From positions 1-64,000 of the forward strand of contig JAXGJB010000004.1 of assembly GCA_040770465.1 (NCBI GenBank): a stretch of 64,000 nucleotides of DNA, given 5' to 3'. A program made the translations under genes and the position numbers. How positions within the stretch are numbered: position 1 is the stretch's first letter; each line of letters starts with the position of its first letter. Positions 57,334-64,000 of the stretch are shown here, in pieces. The DNA is from Methanothrix sp. (GTDB lineage: Archaea; Halobacteriota; Methanosarcinia; Methanotrichales; Methanotrichaceae). The notes under the pieces were generated by a model. That model did no database searches and was not told the DNA's origin. It was given only the letters and a program-made list of their open reading frames with translations.

Positions 57334-58236
57334 TCAAGGGAACTTTCTGCCAAACTTCTCTTCGAGCTGACTCTTTATATCCCCAATTACGGCCTGGGTC
57401 TCTTCTGCGTTGGGACCGGATCCGGTCTGGTTCACGGCCTGCTCAGTCTCTCCAACCCCTCCGGTTTCGCTGACGGCCTGCTCAGTCTCTTCTGCAGGCC
57501 CGGTTTCGTTCACCACCGTCTCCGCCGGCGCCGCGACCTCTTCGGTCTGGTTCACGGCCTCGGCAGATCCCGGCTCACCCATCTCGAGCCCCTCGCAGTA
57601 GCCGGGCGTGAGGGGTGAGCTGCTCTCGTTGATGGTTATTCGGAGAGAGTCGGGGAAGTAGACCACGACGTCCTCGGTGACGTTCCCGTCTATGAATATC
57701 GCGGAGATTACGGAAGTGGTCAGGTTGGACGGCTGGTAGACGACCAGTGCCTGGTTTCCGATCATTCCCCAGATGGCGGGCCGATCGCCGATAAGATAGG
57801 GGTCAGGGCTGTAAACGGTCTGATTAAGCTCTGGGCTGAAGCTCTCGGCGACCGCTTTCAGGCCCAGGGCGTCAAGCTCTTCTTCAGGGGGATCGCAAGG
57901 GTAGAGGAGGAGGACAAAGACTCTGCTCCCGTTGAAAAGGAGAGTTGCTTGCACGTATCTTCCTTCGGAGTAATTTCCCTCGGAGAGGGATTCTGCCTCC
58001 ACGATATCCTCAACTTCCTTAGGGACGGCGAAGCCGATCTCTGCATAGTCGTACAGGTCCCCACCGATCCAGGTGAGATTTTCATCCTGGGCTGTATCTT
58101 CGGCCTGGGTTGCATTTTCGTCCTGGGCTGCCGCCGGCATACAAATCAGAAGGCATAGCATGATGCATCCAAATAAGATCTTCAGCCATCCTGGGGCTGA
58201 ACTGCAAGGCATAACCGCGATTTTCATCCACTTCAC
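57334..58236 (-). CDS. Secreted acidic hypothetical protein
   Basis: Signal-like 'MLCLLICMPAAAQ', many N-x-T/S sequons, ETEQAV repeats. The start may be at 58161. Confidence 0.75.
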   Translation of the reverse strand: MKWMKIAVMPCSSAPGWLKILFGCIMLCLLICMPAAAQDENATQAEDTAQDENLTWIGGDLYDYAEIGFAVPKEVEDIVEAESLSEGNYSEGRYVQATLLFNGSRVFVLLLYPCDPPEEELDALGLKAVAESFSPELNQTVYSPDPYLIGDRPAIWGMIGNQALVVYQPSNLTTSVISAIFIDGNVTEDVVVYFPDSLRITINESSSPLTPGYCEGLEMGEPGSAEAVNQTEEVAAPAETVVNETGPAEETEQAVSETGGVGETEQAVNQTGSGPNAEETQAVIGDIKSQLEEKFGRKFP

Positions 58237-58245
58237 CTCGTGAAA

Positions 58246-58524
58246 TTAATCTATCCTGAACTCGGGCTTGAACCATCCAGATCTCATCTTCAAAGTCTTC
58301 CAATACAAGCCGACACCACTGGCCAGCCTCCTCTTCGACCCCGGCGATCCGTCATCCGTCCCCTCCTTCTTCAGATCGTCCTCTGAAAGATCATTCGCCA
58401 TCAGATGCCCACTCCAGGTTCTGAGACGGCGGAGCCTCATTCGATCCGAGGCCACAACCAGCGCCCGGCATTTCTGTATCCATTTTTTATCTCGTCGCAT
58501 CATAGTATTATAATTAACGGCCAT
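58246..58524 (-). CDS. Possible small hypothetical protein
   Basis: ORF abuts the next gene; the start may be the internal MANDLS. No motif recognised. Confidence 0.3.
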   Translation of the reverse strand: MAVNYNTMMRRDKKWIQKCRALVVASDRMRLRRLRTWSGHLMANDLSEDDLKKEGTDDGSPGSKRRLASGVGLYWKTLKMRSGWFKPEFRID

Positions 58525-58895
58525 GGAGGGTAGGTTTGCGGCAACGAGCCTCAGATTTGGCCCTCATCTGAATCCCATTTCAACCTGAAGAAGAAAATAG
58601 ACTGTAGACTGAAACGGGGCGGCGAGGGCTCTCCGGCAAGCGCCCGCTCAATCGCCCAAGACCTCAAACAGGCCGATCGCCGCCCGGCTCCTCGCGGGGT
58701 TCGGCGTCGCCTCGGCCCTGGCCAAGAACCAGAGGGAAACGAACGGCGGCATAATCGATGCCAAAATCTTCGCGATGCTTCACCGCTTCGCGCTATCTTC
58801 GTTGTGGCTCTTACCCCAGGCGGCGCAGAAATTCGGACGGCTGGGAGGAGGGGCGACGAAATCGAGAAATAGCAGGGGCGCGAATTTTCGCGAGG

Positions 58896-60158
58896 GTGAA
58901 AAGGACGGCGGACGAAGGGCGCAGGGTTGTGGCTGCCGAGGAGATCCCGGCGGCTGACGTTCCGAAAACTGATCGGGAGCTTCTTCTTGGGCGCAGGGTG
59001 GTGAGGGCCGAGGAGATCCTAGCGGAGATCGAGCGGGGTGAGCCAGTCAAGTACGAGAACGTGATCGTCGAGGGAGATTTGGACCTTGATAACATAGGAT
59101 TAAGATTAGAACGCATAAAGTTACATCCAGATCTTATTAGCCCTGAATTCGGTGCTGTAGAATACGATGTCAAATGCGTTAAATCTATCATAGAAATCAA
59201 AGATTGTGATCTGAAAGGATCTGTGAATTTTGCTAAAGCAATTTTCCATGAAGTTGTTGATTTTACAGAAACAGTATTTTATGGACGAGTTGATTTTGGG
59301 CAAACAGTATTCTGTAAAGAGACAATCTTTGCTTGGACGCATTTTCATAAACGTGCTGTATTTTATATGGCTCGATTTAAGGGTAATGCTATTTTTGGAT
59401 ATAATTTCGGTCACAATAATGGTAATGGTGCAAAATTTAATGAAGATGCAACTTTTGGTCACGCTATTTTCGAAAAACAATCCGATTTTTTCAACACTCA
59501 ATTTAATCGATCCGCCGTTTTTTTCAGAGCACAGTTTTTTGAAAATGCCTATTTTGATTTGGCTCGATTTGAGGATGAAATTCAGTTCATCGATGCCAAA
59601 TTTAATAAATGGTTAGAATTAAATGGTACTAAAATTAATAGAATCACTTTATTTTTCATTTGTGGTGATGTGCAAATTTCACTACGTCAGTCCCAATTCA
59701 ATCGATTTTCTGTCCCCCTAGCTCAGATCAAAAAACTGGAGGCTTCCGATGAAGATAGATTGGCACTAATTAATAATTTTAAAAATATGGGCTTATTCGA
59801 AGATGCAGATAAATTTTATTATGAATATAGAAAATCCAAGATGATGGAAAAAGGAAGATCTTATTGGTCTAGGCTTTATGATATTATATCCTTCCTATCT
59901 TGTGGTTATGGTGTTCGTCCTGATTTCACATTAATTATTATTGGAACAATAATATTTCTATCCGGACTTCTATTTTTGGGAAGCGGTCATTCAATTTGGG
60001 AGTGTTTCTATTTCAGCATAATGACGTTCGCAGGAAACGGACCAGACAATTTGGAGTTGACCAGTTTTTTAAGAATCGTGGAAGTAATCGAAGCAATTTC
60101 AGGCTATCTCTTCCTCGCGCTCTTAGTCATAGTGCTGGCCCGAAAATTCATCAGGTGA
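58896..60158 (+). CDS. Pentapeptide-repeat protein with C-terminal channel-like TM domain
   Basis: A/V-x-F-x-x pentapeptide repeats; 'AD.FYYEYR', 'SCGYGVRP', TM, 'YFSIMTF', TM. Start uncertain (GTG 58896; frame open from 58758). Confidence 0.85.
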   Translation: MKRTADEGRRVVAAEEIPAADVPKTDRELLLGRRVVRAEEILAEIERGEPVKYENVIVEGDLDLDNIGLRLERIKLHPDLISPEFGAVEYDVKCVKSIIEIKDCDLKGSVNFAKAIFHEVVDFTETVFYGRVDFGQTVFCKETIFAWTHFHKRAVFYMARFKGNAIFGYNFGHNNGNGAKFNEDATFGHAIFEKQSDFFNTQFNRSAVFFRAQFFENAYFDLARFEDEIQFIDAKFNKWLELNGTKINRITLFFICGDVQISLRQSQFNRFSVPLAQIKKLEASDEDRLALINNFKNMGLFEDADKFYYEYRKSKMMEKGRSYWSRLYDIISFLSCGYGVRPDFTLIIIGTIIFLSGLLFLGSGHSIWECFYFSIMTFAGNGPDNLELTSFLRIVEVIEAISGYLFLALLVIVLARKFIR

Positions 60159-60179
60159 GCGACAGTATTGCCCCGCCTC

Positions 60180-60866
60180 TCACCACACTTTCAGATCGAT
60201 GCTCTCGATCCTGACCATCCTCCCCTCGGAGTGGACGATCATCCCCGAGTGGACCTTCTGCATCATGCAGTGCTCGGGAAGAAAGCTCACCGTCTCCCCG
60301 ACCTCGGGGATCCGGCCCCTGCTGACGACCCCCTCGAAGGCCGCCACCAGGCAGACGCCCACGTCTTTTGGGGCGAAGCTCTCGTCGCCGAGGAGGTGGC
60401 GGGGCCCCACCATGTGGACGGTGACCAGGCCGTGATCGATCTTGATGATCTTTCCGAAATGAGTTACGGGACAGCCGAGGGGCCGGTAGCGGAGGACGTC
60501 TCCGACCTCAAACTCAGCATCCCGGTCGAAGGGGTGGACGTCCTCGCGACAGGAGGGCTCGCCGGGGAGGGGCGCCAGGGCGAAGTCCGCGGCGAGGCCG
60601 TCGATGACTCCCCGGATCTCGGCCCCTCCCTCTTCCTCTTCGCCTCCTCGCCCCTCGGCCCGTCGCCTCCGGAGCCGTGGGAGGATCTCCTCTATCTCAG
60701 CCCTCTTCTCCCGGTGCTTCTCGAGGCCTAGGTGAGGGCAGAGGTCGATCTCGACCTCTCGTCCCCGGTCGGTGCCTCTCAAGAGGGCTCTCGCGAACTC
60801 CCGGCAGTTCTTGAACCCGCACTCACCGCAGTTGTAGCCGGGCAGAAGCCGTTCGATCTCCTTCAT
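60180..60866 (-). CDS. (Fe-S)-binding protein
   Basis: 'LPGYNCGECGFKNC..FA...CP' Fe-S domain; 'SCRE', 'RPLGCP.TH', 'HCMMQKVHSG'. Confidence 0.88.
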   Translation of the reverse strand: MKEIERLLPGYNCGECGFKNCREFARALLRGTDRGREVEIDLCPHLGLEKHREKRAEIEEILPRLRRRRAEGRGGEEEEGGAEIRGVIDGLAADFALAPLPGEPSCREDVHPFDRDAEFEVGDVLRYRPLGCPVTHFGKIIKIDHGLVTVHMVGPRHLLGDESFAPKDVGVCLVAAFEGVVSRGRIPEVGETVSFLPEHCMMQKVHSGMIVHSEGRMVRIESIDLKVW

Positions 60867-60925
60867 CTCGCTTGCTCCATCCGCTTGCTCAGTCGATGGT
60901 CGTCAGTCTGGGACTTCAGCCCTCT

Positions 60926-61624
60926 CTACTCCCCGGAGTACTCCATGAACCCGTCCAGGTGGCGGAGGACCCCCCGATGGTGCTCCTTCGATACCCGGAG
61001 CTCCCCGGTGCAGAGGGTACAGATTGCGAGGGGCGGGTTGTGCCGCAGGAGCATCTGGTCGCCGACATCGGGGCCGTCCCTTATCAGCTCGGCGAGCTCC
61101 GCCGCCCCCTTGCCGGATAGGCCGTTCGCCTCGACGATCCTGCAGCCGGGGTTCGCCTCAAGAATCCTCTCCCGGAAGACCTCCCTCTCGGCCTGGGAGA
61201 CCATGTCCCCCTTCGTCACCACGGCGACGTCCGCCGTCGTCAGAAGAGGCCCCACCTTGAGGGGAGCATTTGGCCCGGTGGTGACGTCGATGACGCATAC
61301 CGCAAGGCACGAGTCGGGGTAGGGGGCGCACCGGAGGCAGAGCCCCGCCGTCTCGTTCAGGAGGACGTCGGCCTCCTCGCCTTCTGCCCACTTTAGCATC
61401 TCGTCGACGTTGTATATCGAGTAGTGGTCCGGACACATGTCCTTTGCAAGGCCCACGGCGACGGGGACCCCGAGCCGCTGAAACCTCCTGTCGTCCTCGG
61501 TCCAGAGACAGTCGATCTTGACGACTGCTGGTCTGACCCCCTCCCTCTGGAGGCTCTTTGCGGCGTGGATCAGAACCGAGGTCTTGCCGGAGCCCGGGGT
61601 TCCCGCGATCACTGCAAGCTTCAA
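60926..61624 (-). CDS. G3E-family (HypB/UreG/CobW-like) P-loop GTPase
   Basis: 'GTPGSGKT', 'KIDC', 'CPDH', '[11 protein letters not shown]', 'TKGD', 'CTLCTGE'. Confidence 0.88.
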   Translation of the reverse strand: MKLAVIAGTPGSGKTSVLIHAAKSLQREGVRPAVVKIDCLWTEDDRRFQRLGVPVAVGLAKDMCPDHYSIYNVDEMLKWAEGEEADVLLNETAGLCLRCAPYPDSCLAVCVIDVTTGPNAPLKVGPLLTTADVAVVTKGDMVSQAEREVFRERILEANPGCRIVEANGLSGKGAAELAELIRDGPDVGDQMLLRHNPPLAICTLCTGELRVSKEHHRGVLRHLDGFMEYSGE

Positions 61625-62394
61625 AGCGCTGCCCCCACCACCACCTCGCCCCGCCGGATCGTCTCCCTCAGGTTCATCAGCCAGTCGTCGACTTTTGCCA
61701 GATCCTCGCAGACCTTCTGCTCGGAAGCGCTCGTCTCGATAACCCTCACCATCCCGCCGTTCTTCATGACGACCCTCCTCGAAGTCATCAATGCCAGCAT
61801 CGGGTCGTGGGTCACCACGACGACGATCTTCCCCTCGCCTGCGAGAAGCTCCAGAGCCTCCTTCTTCTTGATTCCGGCGTTCTCGATCTCGTCGATGAGG
61901 ACGATCGGCGAATCGCTGATCACGGCGATGTCAGCGGTCATGAGAGCCCTCGACTGGCCGCCGCTCAGGATCGTAAGATGGTGATGGGGTTGGACCGGTT
62001 CGCCTGTGAGGGTGTTGGCTAGCTCGATCACTCGCCCCACCACCTCAGGGGACCTTCCCCTGCTCTTGGCGTGCATCCGCAGGAACTCCTCGACGCTCAT
62101 GTCGGCTAGAAAGTGCATGTTCTGGGAGAGCTGGGCTATCAGCTTCTTTCGGGGGTCGGATCTCGTCTCGGCTTTTGGCTCGCATCCGTCGATCAGGATC
62201 TTCCGGCCCGAAGGGGTGTCACCCTGGGCGAACTGCTCGATGTCGGCTATGAGGGAGCTCTTTCCAGAGCCTGTCGGGCCGACGATCCCGATGATCTCGC
62301 CCCGGTGCATCTCAAGCATCTCCACCTGGTCCGGGTCTCCATCTTTGTCCACCCCCCCGATGATGGTGAGCTTGCAGGCTTTGTCCGTCGTCAT
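61621..62394 (-). CDS. Stand-alone ABC-type ATPase
   Basis: 'GPTGSGKS', 'LSQNMHF', 'LSGGQ', 'LIDEIENAG', 'VTHD'. Confidence 0.9.
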   Translation of the reverse strand: MTTDKACKLTIIGGVDKDGDPDQVEMLEMHRGEIIGIVGPTGSGKSSLIADIEQFAQGDTPSGRKILIDGCEPKAETRSDPRKKLIAQLSQNMHFLADMSVEEFLRMHAKSRGRSPEVVGRVIELANTLTGEPVQPHHHLTILSGGQSRALMTADIAVISDSPIVLIDEIENAGIKKKEALELLAGEGKIVVVVTHDPMLALMTSRRVVMKNGGMVRVIETSASEQKVCEDLAKVDDWLMNLRETIRRGEVVVGAAL

Positions 62395-62397
62395 GGT

Positions 62398-63672
62398 TCA
62401 GGCCCTCCGTCCCAGGATCTCTTCGATCTCGACCAGAAGCTGTTGGTCGCTGTCGGATGATGATTCAGATGAGAGGGCCGAGGGCTCGGCCTCGATCTCG
62501 GATTTGAGCGTGAACATGTCAAGTTCCTCCTTCGCCCGGGAGACTCCGCCCCCGGTGATGTTGAGCAGAATGGGATCGTCCTTTTCGACCGTCCCGGATC
62601 GTACGGCCTTTTCGAGAGCTGCGACGGCGATCGCCGCCGCGGGGAGAATGTCGATATTCTCAGACTCCTCGAAGACCCGCTGGGCGAGGGCCGCCTCCCG
62701 GTTTGAGACGGCGTAGACGAGGCCTTTCGTCTCCTCCAGGGCGTCCTTGACGCCGCCTCTGACGGCGTAAGGCGGCTTTCTGTTGTAGAGGACGTCGTCG
62801 TACATCCCGTCGGGACAGGAGCCCACATCCATCTCGGAGCCGGTCCAGGAGGCATAGATGGGGGCGCAGGGGGCGTTCTGGGCGAGGTGGAGCTTCGGGA
62901 GGGCCGAGCCGAAACGGCCGTCTTCGATCAGCCGGATCGATGCCTCCCAGGCGGCGATCCCGCCGGTCCCGCTCCCGACGGCCTGGAAGTAGTGCTTCGG
63001 GAGGGCCTTCATGGTGAGGACCCCGTCAAGCATCACCACCCCCATACCGTCTCTGCGGGCGACGTTCCTCGCCCCACCCTCGCCGACGAACCGGGGATGT
63101 TCGGCGAGCCTTCCGGCGAGGTCGATCGCCTCGGTGTAGTCGCCGTTCACCGAGACGACGCAGATGGTGTCTCGGGGCTCTTCGCAGATCCAGAGCCTGC
63201 CGAGCCCCGAGGACGGGACGACCAGGACGAGGGGGATCATTGCCTTCGAGGCGGCCTGGGCGAAGGCCCTGGCGGTGTTCCCAGCCGAGGCGACCACCAG
63301 GATCTGGCCCTCCTCCAGCTCCGCCATCCTCTCCACCGTCGGCGGAGCTTCCAGGTCCTTGAAGCTGCAGGTGGTAATCTTTCCCCCCCTCTCGGGCCAG
63401 TAGCCGCTGAAGCTGATGTAGAGGTTTCTGAGCCCCAGCTCCCGGGCCAGCCCCTCGCTCCTGTAGGTGACGGGCTTCTCCCCCGACCCCCGGAGGGGCA
63501 TCTTCACGGGGAGCCAGTCGTAGAACTTCCAGAGCCCCGGCAGGTCGTCTCTGGGGGTGAGCCTTTTTGTAAGATACTCGGTCCTGAGGAGTGAGTCGTC
63601 ATTTTGACAGGTGAGAGCGCGTGGCGGCTGCGCATACCCGCAGCCCAGACACCTCACCAGATATTCGCCCAT
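62398..63672 (-). CDS. Cysteate synthase (threonine-synthase-like PLP enzyme of CoM biosynthesis)
   Basis: 'SGYWPERG', 'TCSFK.LEA', 'ASAGNTARAF', 'EGGA.NVARRDGMG', 'QAVGSGTG', 'LNITGGG'; lies near comDE. Confidence 0.92.
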   Translation of the reverse strand: MGEYLVRCLGCGYAQPPRALTCQNDDSLLRTEYLTKRLTPRDDLPGLWKFYDWLPVKMPLRGSGEKPVTYRSEGLARELGLRNLYISFSGYWPERGGKITTCSFKDLEAPPTVERMAELEEGQILVVASAGNTARAFAQAASKAMIPLVLVVPSSGLGRLWICEEPRDTICVVSVNGDYTEAIDLAGRLAEHPRFVGEGGARNVARRDGMGVVMLDGVLTMKALPKHYFQAVGSGTGGIAAWEASIRLIEDGRFGSALPKLHLAQNAPCAPIYASWTGSEMDVGSCPDGMYDDVLYNRKPPYAVRGGVKDALEETKGLVYAVSNREAALAQRVFEESENIDILPAAAIAVAALEKAVRSGTVEKDDPILLNITGGGVSRAKEELDMFTLKSEIEAEPSALSSESSSDSDQQLLVEIEEILGRRA

Positions 63673-63820
63673 GAGGGTATTTCGGGGGAGATTGGGATAT
63701 AACGTTTTCTGTTTTGTCCAATAATTCGCCCTTATTGTGAAATACTCATCTCTTTAAATGTACTATCTGACCACAAATTTCGCGCTCTTCGGTGCCGGAT
63801 GATGGATCAATGAAATCTTC

Positions 63821-64000
63821 CTAAAATAAGTTATGTCTAATTCGGATCGAGAAATCTTCGCGTTCCCTCGTAAGATTCTGATTATAGTACGGATCTTTGT
63901 CCAGCAAGTCCCCCCACTTATTCCTCATGAAACTGACCTCTTCCTGAAACCTTTTCTGCTTCTCTGGTGTATCTTCGTATCCCCTGCTCAGCGATTCATG
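63821..64000 (-). CDS. Family 2 glycosyltransferase, C-terminal end (5' part beyond window edge)
   Basis: HESLSRGYEDTPEKQKRFQEEVSFMRNKWGDLLDKDPYYNQNLTREREDFS...*, a typical GT2 tail. Confidence 0.8.
   Translation of the reverse strand, partial: HESLSRGYEDTPEKQKRFQEEVSFMRNKWGDLLDKDPYYNQNLTREREDFSIRIRHNLF

Noticed and set aside
58896-60158. Diversity-generating retroelement as the explanation for the variable gene
   Set aside because: No reverse transcriptase and no TR/VR pair with adenine-specific mismatches in the window.
60863-60928. TAG read-through (pyrrolysine) of the GTPase would add 21 residues and end in an ATGA overlap with the next gene.
   Set aside because: The protein looks complete at the TAG. 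TAG is an ordinary stop elsewhere in the window (24633, 17819, 34263, 52996), and no pyl genes are present. Probably coincidence or a recent stop gain.
63901-63920. Possible frameshift in a C6 run of the GT2 tail
   Set aside because: On recount the frame is intact (KWGDLLDKDPYYN).

Overview
GC-rich archaeal chromosome segment, most consistent with an acetoclastic Methanothrix/Methanocrinis-type methanogen (aRF1, eS1, RIO2, cysteate-synthase route to coenzyme M, methanogenesis marker 16, lineage-typical surface proteins). It is mostly housekeeping genes (nadA, nadE, icd-like, pgk, panE, trkA, UDG, FprA-rubredoxin, photolyase, LarA/LarE, MoxR-DUF58). It also holds one intact ISL3 element with terminal inverted repeats and an 8-bp target duplication, a ~10-kb cell-envelope block at 44.3-54.0 kb and a CoM-biosynthesis cluster at 54.8-63.7 kb. 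The envelope block has a 2222-aa beta-helix membrane protein with a cytoplasmic 31-aa repeat, a possible sheath-protein (MspA-like)/Ig fusion and a gene remnant. The CoM cluster is interrupted by a pentapeptide-repeat/channel-like gene with an AT-rich core between GC-rich ends. The most unusual signal is that the 5' module of that gene recurs 40 kb away as an orphan promoter+ATG+27-codon stub beside a REP/IS200-605-like hairpin. Several short genes absent from the ORF track and several short intergenic tandem repeats were found by eye. No rRNA, tRNA or CRISPR array was seen. All family calls come from motif recognition, not database searches.
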